A stretch of 64,000 nucleotides of DNA, taken from positions 468,846 through 532,845 of the forward strand of contig OY762213.1 in NCBI GenBank assembly GCA_963665385.1, in the 5' to 3' direction. The notes below the pieces were generated by a model that did no database searches, was not told where the DNA came from, and saw only the letters and a program-made list of their open reading frames with translations. Source of the stretch: Dehalococcoidia bacterium. Lineage in GTDB: Bacteria > Chloroflexota > Dehalococcoidia > UBA6926. Position 1 is the stretch's first letter; each line of letters begins with the position of its first letter. Made by a program: the position numbers and the translations under genes. Positions 8,002 to 17,604 of this stretch are shown piece after piece.

Positions 8002-9477
8002 TTGGCAGTGCCTCTCATTCCCAAGGTGATGAGCACCCAGCACCCGGACAACGCTGCGGCGCCTTCCTACGCAGTTGATGGAGTAATCAAGGGCGACGGC
8101 GAGATTATCGAGGCCGTCGATGCCTTCAGTCTCGGCTGCGATGAGCAGATGTGGGACTCGGAAGGCAAGGACACTGATACCCACGTCGTTCAGAAACTTC
8201 TTAGCAATTACTCCGACTACTTCCGCGAGGAGCGACGGTTGGGACGCGACACCGTCATCACCCTGCGCGTCCCCAACCCCGCCATCGAGGTTGAGATGCG
8301 GAAGCTGATGGTTGAGGCGCTGCAGGGCATCCCCACCGCCTTCGATGTGGCCCGCGAATTCTACGGCGGTGACCTGGAGCCGCCCATTCAGGAGATCATT
8401 CTCCCCTTCACCACCTCCGCCGACGAACTCTCTCGCATTGCGGCTTACTACGAGAACTTCATCGTCGGACAAGAATCACGCACCCTCCTGGGCGACGTAT
8501 CCGTTCGCGATTGGATAGGCGAGTTTCTCCCGAAACGCATTCGCGTTATCCCGCTCGTGGAATCGCGCGATCAGATGCTCCACGTCGATGACATCGTCCG
8601 CGAGTACCTGCGGGAGCGTGAGGAACCCTACCAGCGTGTCTTCTTGGCACGCAGCGACCCCGCCCTGAACTACGGTATGGTTGGCGCGGAAATCCTGCTC
8701 AAGACCGCCCTCTACCGTGTTGACCGGCTCGCGCAGGAGACCGGCATTCCTATGTACCCGATTATTGGCGCCGGCTCTGTCCCGTTCCGTGGACACTTGA
8801 AGCCCACCAACACCGCGCGGGCCTTCCGTGAGTACCCCAGCGTCCACACGCTCACCGTGCAGTCTGCATTCAAATTTGACTACCCTCGTGATGACGTGAC
8901 GTCGGGCATCGCCCAGATCCAGGCTCACGACCAGACTCCTGCGCCGCCGATCGATGAACAACGCGCCATCGCCATACTGGACAAGGCCGCCGCAGAGTAC
9001 CAGAAGCAAGTGCGCAACCTTGCTCCGACAATCGCCACAGTCTCGGCGCTCTCCCCGCGGAGGCGAGAGCGCAAACTGCACGTAGGACTATTCGGCTACG
9101 GACGCTCACTCTCCGGCTCAGACGACGTTACGCTGCCCCGCGCTATCGCTTTCGCCACTGCCCTCTATTCCATAGGCGTTCCGCCGGAATTGCTCGGACT
9201 CGCCGCCCTCGACCAGGAGGATTTCGCCTACCTGCGGGAGATATACCCAAGCTTTGTAGACGATCTCGCCACAGCGCTCCGCTACGCGAACGAGACTCGC
9301 GTAAACCAACTGCTCGGCGACAACTACCGGCGACTGCTCGTTCGCTTCACGGAAGAAATCGACCGCATTCACGAAGGACTCACCACGGCGGTGTGGGCGA
9401 GCATTGAGCAAGGCGCAACAACGCAAGTGTCGCACTACATCGCGGAAGCAGGAAAACTCCGGCGCTTCTTGGGTTAA
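8002..9477 (+). CDS. ppcA: Archaeal-type phosphoenolpyruvate carboxylase (PEPcase type 2)
   Basis: A roughly 490-aa protein with the IPKVMSTQHPDN signature near the N-terminus. The true start is probably the GTG at 8008, 7 nt after AGGAG (7996-8000). Confidence 0.8.
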   Translation: MAVPLIPKVMSTQHPDNAAAPSYAVDGVIKGDGEIIEAVDAFSLGCDEQMWDSEGKDTDTHVVQKLLSNYSDYFREERRLGRDTVITLRVPNPAIEVEMRKLMVEALQGIPTAFDVAREFYGGDLEPPIQEIILPFTTSADELSRIAAYYENFIVGQESRTLLGDVSVRDWIGEFLPKRIRVIPLVESRDQMLHVDDIVREYLREREEPYQRVFLARSDPALNYGMVGAEILLKTALYRVDRLAQETGIPMYPIIGAGSVPFRGHLKPTNTARAFREYPSVHTLTVQSAFKFDYPRDDVTSGIAQIQAHDQTPAPPIDEQRAIAILDKAAAEYQKQVRNLAPTIATVSALSPRRRERKLHVGLFGYGRSLSGSDDVTLPRAIAFATALYSIGVPPELLGLAALDQEDFAYLREIYPSFVDDLATALRYANETRVNQLLGDNYRRLLVRFTEEIDRIHEGLTTAVWASIEQGATTQVSHYIAEAGKLRRFLG

Positions 9478-9501
9478 AGGCAGGAAATACAATCTCCCTC
9501 C

Positions 9502-9533
9502 GTCATTTCGAGCGCAGACGAGGAATCTGAGAC
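9502..9533. repeat. Family-A repeat, degenerate variant
   Basis: GTCATTTCGAGCGCAGACGAGGAATCTGAGACC directly after the ppcA stop. Confidence 0.6.
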
Positions 9534-9612
9534 CCTGATTGACTAACGGCGCTGGAACGCGACCCCGCAACCTCACAGGGCACCCAACGACAGTCGCGAA
9601 CCGAGAAAAAAC

Positions 9613-9641
9613 TTGACACTTCGCCCTATTCGGCGCATAGT
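9613..9641 (+). promoter_or_regulatory. Candidate sigma-70-type promoter for pyrG
   Basis: TTGACA (9613-9618), 17 nt, CATAGT (9636-9641). This implies a leader of about 170 nt before the ATG at 9820. Confidence 0.3.
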
Positions 9642-9819
9642 GAGATTCGGTATCCGGTTCGGTGATTTTATCCCTGAACCATGCTGTACCAAACGTTCCC
9701 CATAGACCCGTTGCGACACTCCTTTAAGGGTGTGTGTATGCGTGGAATGACGGGTGGAGAACGAAGCAGGCGTGAATCGCCCCCCGAGATGATCCGGCGG
9801 GGCAGGCCATTGGGGATAC

Positions 9820-11577
9820 ATGGCAAAGTACGTCTTCGTGACCGGCGGGGTCGTTAGTTCAATCGGCAAGGGCATCACCGCCGCCGCAATCGGCCGTCTC
9901 TTTACGAGCCGTGGCATAAGGGTCGCAGTTCAAAAACTCGATCCGTACCTCAACGTCGACCCCGGCACCATGTCCCCCTATCAGCACGGCGAGGTCTTCG
10001 TCACCCGAGACGGTGCTGAAACAGACCTCGACCTTGGCCACTATGAGAGATTCGTCGATACCGAAATGACACGCTCATCCAGCGTCACCGCAGGACAGGT
10101 CTATTCCTCGGTCCTCTCGCGAGAGAGGCGCGGTGACTTCCTTGGCGGCACCATCCAGGTCGTTCCACACGTGACAAACTCCATCAAGAACCGCATGAGG
10201 CAGATCGCGGACGAGACCAACGCGGAGGTCATCATCATTGAAGTCGGCGGCACCGTCGGCGACATTGAGGGCCAGCCCTTCCTTGAAGCCATCCGCCAGG
10301 TCCGCAACGAGGTTGGCCGTGCTGACGCCATTTTCGTTCACGTCACCTATCTTCCGTACCTCCACGCCACCGGAGAACTCAAGACCAAGCCCACGCAGCA
10401 CTCCGTCCGTGAGCTGGGCCGGAGCGCCGGCATCGCGCCTGACGTCATCATCGCCCGCAGTGAAGTTGAGGCCACGCAGGAGACCATTGAGAAGATAGCC
10501 CTGTTCTGTGACGTTGAGCCGCAGGCCGTCATCCCCCTCTCCACCGTGGACACCATCTACCGTGTCCCCCTTCTTCTTGAAGAACGCGGCCTCGGCGACT
10601 ACCTCCTTAATAGGATGCAGTTCGCGGAGTATGCCGAGAAAGAACCGCAGCTCGATGACTGGCGCGATCTCGTCCGACGGTTCGACGAACCCAAGCCCCC
10701 TCTGACCGTCGCCATCGTCGGCAAGTACGTCGAACTGCGTGACGCCTACCTTTCCGTTAAGGAAGCCCTTACGCACTCGGGCCTTGAGATCGGTGTCGAC
10801 ATTGAAATTGACTGGGTCGCTGCCGAGGAGCTGGAAGAAGACGGCTGGGAGGCCCTGTTGCAGCGCGCGCACGGCATCGTCGTCCCCGGCGGCTTTGGCG
10901 AGCGCGGCATCGAGGGCATGATCCGCGCCGCCTCGTACGCCCGTGAACAGCGCGTCCCCTACCTTGGTCTCTGCCTTGGAATGCAGATAATGGTCATTGA
11001 ATTCGCGAGAAATGTTGTCGGCCTTGTAAACGCAAACTCCACCGAGTTCGATGTCGCCACCCGCCACCCCGTCATCCACATCATGGAAGACCAGGAGCGG
11101 GTCCGTGCCATGGGCGGCACCATGCGTCTCGGCTCATACCTCTGCCACCTCACCCCCGGCACCAACGCCGCCCGCGCCTATGGCAACCCGGAGACCATTG
11201 TTGAGCGGCACCGCCACCGCTTTGAATTCAACAACGCCTACCGTTCCTCCTTTAACGAATCCGGCTTAATCGTCAGCGGCGCCTATCGTGAACTCGATCT
11301 CGTTGAGATCTCTGAATTACGTGATCATCCCTTCATGGTTGGGACGCAATTCCACCCGGAATTCAGGTCACGCCCCACGCGCGCCCACCCTCTATTTCGT
11401 GAATTCGTCTCGGTGGCCGCAGGCATCTTGCGCGAAGGAGAGCAGCCGCCGCTCATCGTTGCCCAGGACGGGCTTGCGCATCCTGCCCAACGACTTGACC
11501 CATCTCCCTACGGCGCAGCGCCCGTCCGGCGTGATCAAACAGCCGAACAGACCCGCAGCGCGGGGACCGGATTCTGA
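9820..11577 (+). CDS. pyrG: CTP synthase
   Basis: MAKYVFVTGGVVSSIGKGITAAAIGRLF N-terminus and a C-terminal glutamine amidotransferase domain (GLCLGMQ, HRHRFEFN). It carries a roughly 40-aa C-terminal tail. Confidence 0.95.
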   Translation: MAKYVFVTGGVVSSIGKGITAAAIGRLFTSRGIRVAVQKLDPYLNVDPGTMSPYQHGEVFVTRDGAETDLDLGHYERFVDTEMTRSSSVTAGQVYSSVLSRERRGDFLGGTIQVVPHVTNSIKNRMRQIADETNAEVIIIEVGGTVGDIEGQPFLEAIRQVRNEVGRADAIFVHVTYLPYLHATGELKTKPTQHSVRELGRSAGIAPDVIIARSEVEATQETIEKIALFCDVEPQAVIPLSTVDTIYRVPLLLEERGLGDYLLNRMQFAEYAEKEPQLDDWRDLVRRFDEPKPPLTVAIVGKYVELRDAYLSVKEALTHSGLEIGVDIEIDWVAAEELEEDGWEALLQRAHGIVVPGGFGERGIEGMIRAASYAREQRVPYLGLCLGMQIMVIEFARNVVGLVNANSTEFDVATRHPVIHIMEDQERVRAMGGTMRLGSYLCHLTPGTNAARAYGNPETIVERHRHRFEFNNAYRSSFNESGLIVSGAYRELDLVEISELRDHPFMVGTQFHPEFRSRPTRAHPLFREFVSVAAGILREGEQPPLIVAQDGLAHPAQRLDPSPYGAAPVRRDQTAEQTRSAGTGF

Positions 11578-11697
11578 TACTCGCCCAACCAAATCTTTTC
11601 CTTTAAGTACTTAACAACCGACGACCAACACCGAACGAGCAAACAAAGTAACAAAAGCCCGGGCATTGTCACATCGCCCGCAGCAAAGGAGACTTAC
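11578..11697 (+). promoter_or_regulatory. C-rich, G-poor leader of rho (rut-like; possible autogenous attenuation site)
   Basis: By my count, 11581-11660 contains 26 C and 9 G. The surrounding genome has roughly balanced G and C. Confidence 0.25.
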
Positions 11698-13593
11698 GTG
11701 GACACCACAGACACCCCCAACCCCGACGAGCCGCAGCGCCCCGTTACACGGCGCGGCATCGCTCGACCGCCGCGCACCCGACGCGCCTCAGCCGCCGCAA
11801 CGACGGAAGCACCCCCGGAGGAAAACTCCGTCGAGGAAGCCGTTGCCGAAAACGGCGCGACACCCGCCGCTCAGCCTGAGCCTGTCGAAGGGACCACCGA
11901 AAACGGCGCAACTCCGGTCGAAACTGCGGAAAACGGCTCGGCCCCCTCCGCCCTCCTTGAGCCTGTCGAAGGGCCCACTGAAAACGGCGCAGCCGCTCCG
12001 GAGTCCCCCTCCCCATCACCGAGGAGGAGTCGAAGTGCGAGTGAAGCGCCCTCCATTACAGACGGCCTTCCACCTGCAACCATGACCACCACCACAGAAA
12101 CCATCGAAGACATCGAAGACGAAGCACCGCCCCGCCGCGCGCCACGCCCACGTCCCGCCAACGGTGCAGGGCAGCGGCGACGCGAACGGCCGGACCGCGG
12201 TGACCGCCCCAACCGGGCCCCCCGTGAAAGCGGAGGCCCACGCCCACCCGCCAACACTGACGACGCCGATTCTGACTCCCAACAGCGTGAGCCGCGTGTC
12301 GTTGATCTGCCGGAGGCGCTTCACCAGGTCACCATCCCGCAGCTTGAGTCTCTTGATCGTGACGAGGCCGGCCGCCTCGCTGAATTCCTCAACATGCCAC
12401 CCGGCGCCGCCGTCCGACGTGATGAGATGGTCCATCGCGCCATCCAGACCCTCGGCGAGCGCGGCGGAACAATCACCGCCAGCGGCATCCTTGAGATCAC
12501 CAATGACGGCTACGGCTTCATCCGGCACCGCACTCTCCGCCACAACATCAACGATGTCTACGTCGCCCAGTCGCAGATCCGCCGATTCAGCCTTCGCACC
12601 GGCGATTGGGTAACAGGGCAAGTCCGCTCACCCAAGAGCGGCGAGAAATACTACGGCCTCCTCCGCGTTGACACCGTCACCGGCCAGGAACCGGAGATCT
12701 CCCGCCGCCGCCCCGTCTTTGACCAGCTCACAGCCCTCTTCCCCGATCGACTCTATGACTTGGAGACGAATCAGAAGGCCATCGCCGCCCGCTTGCTCAA
12801 CCTCGTCGCCCCTATCGGCTTCGGACAGCGAGCGTTGATCGTCTCCCCCCCCAAGGCCGGAAAGACCATTCTTCTCCACCAGATCGCAGACGCCATCACC
12901 TCCCAATACCCCTCCACCCACATCATGGCCGCCCTCATCGGTGAGCGACCGGAAGAAGTCACAGACTGGGAGCGCACCGTTAAAGGTGCAGAAGTCATGG
13001 CCTCCACCTTTGACGAGCCCGTTGAAGAACACACCCGCGTCGCGGAGCTCGTCCTCGCCCGCGCCAAGAGACTCGTTGAAGCCGGCCAAGACGTCGTCAT
13101 CCTCCTTGACTCCATCACGCGACTCGCCCGCGCCTACAACATCGCCGCCCCCTCCAGTGGCCGCACACTCTCCGGCGGCATGGACCCCGTCGCCCTCTAC
13201 CCCCCCAAGCACTTCTTCGGCGCAGCGCGTAACACGGAGGAATCCGGCACCCTCACTATCGTCGCCACCTGCCTCGTTGACACCGGCTCCAGGCTTGACG
13301 ATGTCATCTACGAAGAATTCAAAGGCACCGGCAACATGGAAGTCCACCTCGATCGCAAACTCGCCGAGCGTCGCATCTACCCCGCCATTGACGTCCTCAA
13401 ATCCGGCACACGGCGTGACGAGCGACTCTACGACGAAAAGACCTACCGCGGCATCGTCACCCTCCGCCGCATGATGGCCATGCTCTCAAACTCCAACCTT
13501 GACGCATCCGACGCCACAGAGCGCATCCTTGACCGCATCTCAAAGACCAAGACCAACGCCGATTTCATCGCCACACTCTCCCGTGAAATCTAA
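11698..13593 (+). CDS. rho: Transcription termination factor Rho with a roughly 215-aa low-complexity N-terminal extension
   Basis: GTG start 6 nt after AAGGAG. C-terminal two-thirds: an RNA-binding cold-shock-like domain ([14 protein letters not shown]), Walker A (VSPPKAGKT) and [12 protein letters not shown]. The N-terminus is Pro/Glu/Ala-rich, then Arg-rich. Confidence 0.9.
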   Translation: MDTTDTPNPDEPQRPVTRRGIARPPRTRRASAAATTEAPPEENSVEEAVAENGATPAAQPEPVEGTTENGATPVETAENGSAPSALLEPVEGPTENGAAAPESPSPSPRRSRSASEAPSITDGLPPATMTTTTETIEDIEDEAPPRRAPRPRPANGAGQRRRERPDRGDRPNRAPRESGGPRPPANTDDADSDSQQREPRVVDLPEALHQVTIPQLESLDRDEAGRLAEFLNMPPGAAVRRDEMVHRAIQTLGERGGTITASGILEITNDGYGFIRHRTLRHNINDVYVAQSQIRRFSLRTGDWVTGQVRSPKSGEKYYGLLRVDTVTGQEPEISRRRPVFDQLTALFPDRLYDLETNQKAIAARLLNLVAPIGFGQRALIVSPPKAGKTILLHQIADAITSQYPSTHIMAALIGERPEEVTDWERTVKGAEVMASTFDEPVEEHTRVAELVLARAKRLVEAGQDVVILLDSITRLARAYNIAAPSSGRTLSGGMDPVALYPPKHFFGAARNTEESGTLTIVATCLVDTGSRLDDVIYEEFKGTGNMEVHLDRKLAERRIYPAIDVLKSGTRRDERLYDEKTYRGIVTLRRMMAMLSNSNLDASDATERILDRISKTKTNADFIATLSREI

Positions 13594-13708
13594 ATCTCGT
13601 CCCACCTCAAAAGAAACCCCTACATATGCCCATCACCAACTCAACACTAATCGAAACAATTCTCAAACCAGATTCGATAATTTCAACCTGAACATGCCTA
13701 ATCGACTA

Positions 13709-13738
13709 TTGACAACACTCGTAAAGCCCCCCCATAAT
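13709..13738 (+). promoter_or_regulatory. Candidate promoter of the surface-protein gene
   Basis: TTGACA (13709-13714), 18 nt, CATAAT (13733-13738), preceded by an unusually AT-rich stretch (13600-13708). This implies a leader of about 365 nt. Confidence 0.35.
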
Positions 13739-14109
13739 CACGTTCAAGTGACTACGCCTAGCGTTAGGCGTGGGGCTTTCCGTGTACTGCATGCACACGC
13801 GCGGGAAACCCCTGCATAGCGTGGTGCAGTCGGGATAAAGAGACAGGGAACAGGAGAGCGCGGGGCTCTCTAGGAACATGGAGACTGACCGGACAAGCAG
13901 GAAGCGCGGGAAAGTCAGCGCCTCCGGCCGTGTCAAGCGGCCAACAGGAGGGTCTCCTGACACCCACAGATGGGGAGGAGCACATGCACTCACAAGAACC
14001 CTGGCAATCGCGAAGCCCAACGGGTAGCGTGAATAAACCGTTGATTTCCTCTACACTTAAGAAGAAGGGCCACAGAGGCCCACATCACAGTTACGGAAGG
14101 GGGCTTCCT

Positions 14110-17100
14110 GTGAAGCGCAAAGCACTGATTATCCTGTCGATCGCGATCCTCGCGTTTGCCATGATCCCGGCTCTCGGGGTGGGCGCCGCTGCGGGCACGG
14201 TCAAAATCGTCACCCCTGACGAATTGGCCAATCCCTCGGGGTCGACCGGCTCGCTCTTTGATAAGCTGGACAGCGCCGACTTTGTCTCGAACTCAACCGG
14301 CGGCGATACCCTGGAAGACGCCGGAGGCACCCTCTACGTCGTCATTGAGGACAATGACTCTTCCTCAAACACTTTGACTGACTACTACGCGTACTTCACC
14401 GTCAGGCCAACCACTGCGGACGGCGGTGGTAACGCGTACGTGATTGATCCGGCCCAAAGCGGAACGACCCCCAACCCAGCGGTCGCTACCGCGGTCACTG
14501 AGAGTGACGGCACTGCTGTTGCGGATGCCGCCGACCTCCAGATCGGTGACCGCAACAGGAACGGCTCGATTGATGCCGGTGACCTTTTGATTGAAACTGG
14601 ATACTACGTAACCGCAACCGGTGCGTTTGAAGCTGTCCGACCAGTGAACGTGCAGAGCGCCTTCGTGATTTCGAGCACCAACGGTAAGGAAGCCTACCTC
14701 AGCTTGAACATCATCCCAACCTACCCGACTGGGCGCATGGCCGGTGAAGTCGGCGCTCTGCGAATCCGGTTCGCCTCTGCATCCATAGATAACCTCAACT
14801 ACGCTGCTGACCACGCAACGGAGAGGCTGCGCGGCCTGAGCCGTGTTCAGGTCAGCAGCACCTCCGGCGATCCGATTCGCGTGGAGGCGATGGAGAAGGA
14901 TCTGGGAGGTTTCAGTGGCGTTGCTGTTACTGAGAGTGATCTCACAGGAAACTCCTCGCGTGACTCCGGCGTCTTCGTCGGAATGTTCGGCGTCATCCGC
15001 AACGACTTCAAGGAAGCTCTTTCCGACTGGGAACCGGCTGCCACCGAAGATACAATTGGGGACCTGATCGACGACATTAATGCTGTTGATGTTGTTGACG
15101 GGGCGGTGACTGGCGCAACGGGGCCGAGCGAGGCCTTTGAGAGCTTCTGCGATCCTAATGCTAAGGCTGGAGAAGAGTGCGCCGAGCAGGGCAAGCTTGT
15201 TGCGGTCATCCAAGCCCACACGGATAACCTGGGCCTCGATCTTACCGATCCGGCCAGTGATCTGGTGGACATGCTCATTGGCGTCGAGCACGGTGACATG
15301 CTTGAGGTGAACTACAGCGACGCCAACCCTCGGTCCACCCGCAGCCGTGATGCTGAGGTTGACCTGGTCGCGCCGGCTATCGGCGATACCTCGCTTGCCA
15401 ACGGTGCCTACGTTAACGAGGATGACTTCTCGTTGTTCTTCACCGTCACGGACGCGGACTCTGGCATCCCGGAGGATGCGCATGACTTGGGCAACCAGGC
15501 GATACGGAGCGGTTTGCCGTACGTGAGCCAGTCATCCGGCGGCGCGCCCACTGGTGAGCCGTTTGAGCTTAATGCTAATGAAGGCACTGATCAGAACAAC
15601 TTCAGCGAGCCTAGCGATGATGCGACGCTCGACGTTGATGATGAGGTTGCCGATGGCGAGCGCTACGAGATAGAGTTTGATGTCACAAACACGGTCCAGG
15701 CCGCCGAGGGCGACGAGAACACGGATGCTAGGACGGTGACCGTCAGCGTCCGCATCCTCGCGTATGACATCGCCCGGAACGAGGCGAGTAAGACCCTCAC
15801 GTTCATCATTGATGACATTGATCCGGAGTTGCTGCGTGCCATCACGGGCGTCTCCGTCAAGGCTCCCAAGGACACCGCCGATCCTTACGAACTGAATGAC
15901 CAGAACCGCAAGAGCATCGTCCTCGTGTTTGACGATGCCATTGCCGGCAACGAGGTCAACGCGCAGGACATCAACGTCGTTGGCAATACTGTCGCCGGCG
16001 TCATGTGGCTTGACAACACAGGCACGAACAAGATCGGAACTGCAGGCTCCGCAGGCTCGGATATCCGCGGTGACCTCGGTGACATCAGTGGAGGTGACGC
16101 AAGGCACCTGCTGTTCCTCACTCTCGAGAATGACCTTCCCACGGACGCGCGTCCCGGCATTGCAATCGACAATGCCGATCTGCGTGACCTGGCCGGAAAC
16201 GAGAGCCGGGTGAACCACCGGGCCACGCCTGCGGACAAACTGGCGCCTGTCTTCACCGTGACCGTGGGGACCCCACTCAGCAACAATGACCTGAGCGTCA
16301 CCATCGAGTCCTCTGAGGACCTTGAGCGAGCGCCATCTGCTCGCCTGCAGCTCGGCACGGTAAATGAAGCGTTGCCCGTCCGCGGTGGATCCAGCAACAC
16401 TTGGACGGTGGATACCAACCGGCGCGCCGAGAACCTTAGTGGAACAAATCGTAGCGGCGTTTACACCATTCACGTGGAAGGCACGGACGACGACAATAAC
16501 GATGGATCCGGTAGCAAGGCCAAGTGGGAACTTGACACCCTCGCCAATAATGGTGTTGACCCCGCGCGTGTCTACGACCAGGATGCGGCCTCCGCAGCCG
16601 CCCAGCCCATTGAAGTGAGCGACGTTGTCTTCCTCAACTTCGACTTCTCGAGTGAGGCCGGAGAGTACGACGATGATTCCGCCAAGACCGTGAGTGTTAC
16701 GGACCTAGCCCTGCAGACCCTGTCTGCGGACTCGCTGGACTCTAACAAGAACCTCAAGGCTGCCTCTTCCGTGACCGTCACGGATACTACTCCGGTTGAT
16801 GAGACCGCGGCCCAGACCTCCAACAACATCCGCTACGTCGTGGCTCTGGCCGATCTGGCCATTGGCAACTACCGCCTCAACGTTGACTACGAGGATCAGG
16901 CCGGAAACACGGATACCTTTGGCTACGTCTTCACCATCACTGCTCCGGCGCCCGTCAAGATTGACGTGGTCCCGGGTTGGTCCCTCATGTCCATCCCTGG
17001 CACGCCGCAGGATAAGAGCATTGATGGTGTCTTCGCAGGCTCAGCGGTGACGGATGTTTGGAGCCTCAACAATGAGACCAAGCAGTGGGAGTACGCTAGC

Positions 17101-17508
17101 AAGGATGAGGCTGGCGCTTGGATGGGTACGTTGACCCAGATCGTGGATGGCCGCGGCTACTTCGTCCGCAGCACCACCTTCGACCCGATCAAGGTTCTCA
17201 CGGAGCGTTTCAGCCCGCAGCGCACACCGCCGCAGTACACCGTGACCAGCGGGTGGAACAGCATCGGCTACACCCCCGCAGGCAGTGAGAATTCCGTGAA
17301 CGTCGACGCCTACCTCAGCGCGCTTGGCGCCAGCGGATGGGGCATGATCCGCACGTGGAACGCGGACGCCACCCCGCCGCAGTACGAGACCTACTTCTCC
17401 AGCGGTACGGCGACTGATGGGTTCCCGGTGGATGACGGTGTGGCCATCGTCGAGACCGGCAAGGGCTACCTGCTCTTCGCCACCCGCAACGGAGTCATCG
17501 GAGGCTAA
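14110..17508 (+). CDS. Large acidic secreted cell-surface protein (S-layer-like)
   Basis: GTG at 14110 follows GGAAGGGGG. VKRKALIILSIAILAFAMIPALGVGAAAG is a signal peptide. The protein is 1132 aa, Asp/Thr/Ser/Gly-rich, with a Ca-binding-like DRNRNGSIDAGDLLI and C-terminal GWSLMSIPG and GWNSIGYTP motifs. Strong terminators lie downstream. Confidence 0.6.
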   Translation: MKRKALIILSIAILAFAMIPALGVGAAAGTVKIVTPDELANPSGSTGSLFDKLDSADFVSNSTGGDTLEDAGGTLYVVIEDNDSSSNTLTDYYAYFTVRPTTADGGGNAYVIDPAQSGTTPNPAVATAVTESDGTAVADAADLQIGDRNRNGSIDAGDLLIETGYYVTATGAFEAVRPVNVQSAFVISSTNGKEAYLSLNIIPTYPTGRMAGEVGALRIRFASASIDNLNYAADHATERLRGLSRVQVSSTSGDPIRVEAMEKDLGGFSGVAVTESDLTGNSSRDSGVFVGMFGVIRNDFKEALSDWEPAATEDTIGDLIDDINAVDVVDGAVTGATGPSEAFESFCDPNAKAGEECAEQGKLVAVIQAHTDNLGLDLTDPASDLVDMLIGVEHGDMLEVNYSDANPRSTRSRDAEVDLVAPAIGDTSLANGAYVNEDDFSLFFTVTDADSGIPEDAHDLGNQAIRSGLPYVSQSSGGAPTGEPFELNANEGTDQNNFSEPSDDATLDVDDEVADGERYEIEFDVTNTVQAAEGDENTDARTVTVSVRILAYDIARNEASKTLTFIIDDIDPELLRAITGVSVKAPKDTADPYELNDQNRKSIVLVFDDAIAGNEVNAQDINVVGNTVAGVMWLDNTGTNKIGTAGSAGSDIRGDLGDISGGDARHLLFLTLENDLPTDARPGIAIDNADLRDLAGNESRVNHRATPADKLAPVFTVTVGTPLSNNDLSVTIESSEDLERAPSARLQLGTVNEALPVRGGSSNTWTVDTNRRAENLSGTNRSGVYTIHVEGTDDDNNDGSGSKAKWELDTLANNGVDPARVYDQDAASAAAQPIEVSDVVFLNFDFSSEAGEYDDDSAKTVSVTDLALQTLSADSLDSNKNLKAASSVTVTDTTPVDETAAQTSNNIRYVVALADLAIGNYRLNVDYEDQAGNTDTFGYVFTITAPAPVKIDVVPGWSLMSIPGTPQDKSIDGVFAGSAVTDVWSLNNETKQWEYASKDEAGAWMGTLTQIVDGRGYFVRSTTFDPIKVLTERFSPQRTPPQYTVTSGWNSIGYTPAGSENSVNVDAYLSALGASGWGMIRTWNADATPPQYETYFSSGTATDGFPVDDGVAIVETGKGYLLFATRNGVIGG

Positions 17509-17521
17509 ACCCCGATACCAT

Positions 17522-17592
17522 GGAGGGGCCTGCCAACCGGCAGCCCCTCCCTAGCGGAAACAAAAGAGGCCCCGGCGTCCAGCCGGGGCCTC
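17522..17592 (+). terminator. Two consecutive GC-rich hairpins after the surface-protein gene
   Basis: GGAGGGGCCTGCC-AACC-GGCAGCCCCTCC (17522-17550) and a perfect 11-bp stem GAGGCCCCGGC-GTCCA-GCCGGGGCCTC (17566-17592). Confidence 0.6.
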
Positions 17593-17604
17593 TCCCGTTA
17601 ACAA

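Noticed and set aside
9573-9917. 114-aa minus-strand ORF spanning the pyrG promoter region and start
   Set aside because: It overlaps the unmistakable pyrG N-terminus. It has no SD and an implausible sequence, so it is treated as non-coding leader.
10075-11079. Long antisense ORFs opposite clearly assigned genes: 10075-11079, 14365-15483, 15532-16473, 26606-27487, 40724-41623, 42205-43290, 44547-45368, 46863-47738, 50643-52055, 52730-53800 and 55378-56112
   Set aside because: The composition is Gly/Arg/Val/Asp-biased, typical of the reverse frame of high-GC genes. None has a recognisable motif, while the opposite strand encodes pyrG, the surface protein, CoA-transferase, the SBPs, the amidohydrolase, M20 and the Mo subunit.
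11666-12085. Alternative-frame 139-aa ORF (Pro/Arg/Lys-rich) over the 5' part of rho
   Set aside because: It is out of frame with the conserved Rho body. The GTG at 11698 has a good SD and reads through into Rho. The alternative is a low-complexity shadow.
13499-14020. ORFs 13499-13819 (+), 13706-14020 (-) and the 60 codons upstream of GTG 14110 in the ORF-track model 13930-17508
   Set aside because: They have no SD and odd composition, and they lie in what looks like a structured leader. The signal peptide begins right after the GTG at 14110, which has a GGAAGGGGG ribosome-binding site.
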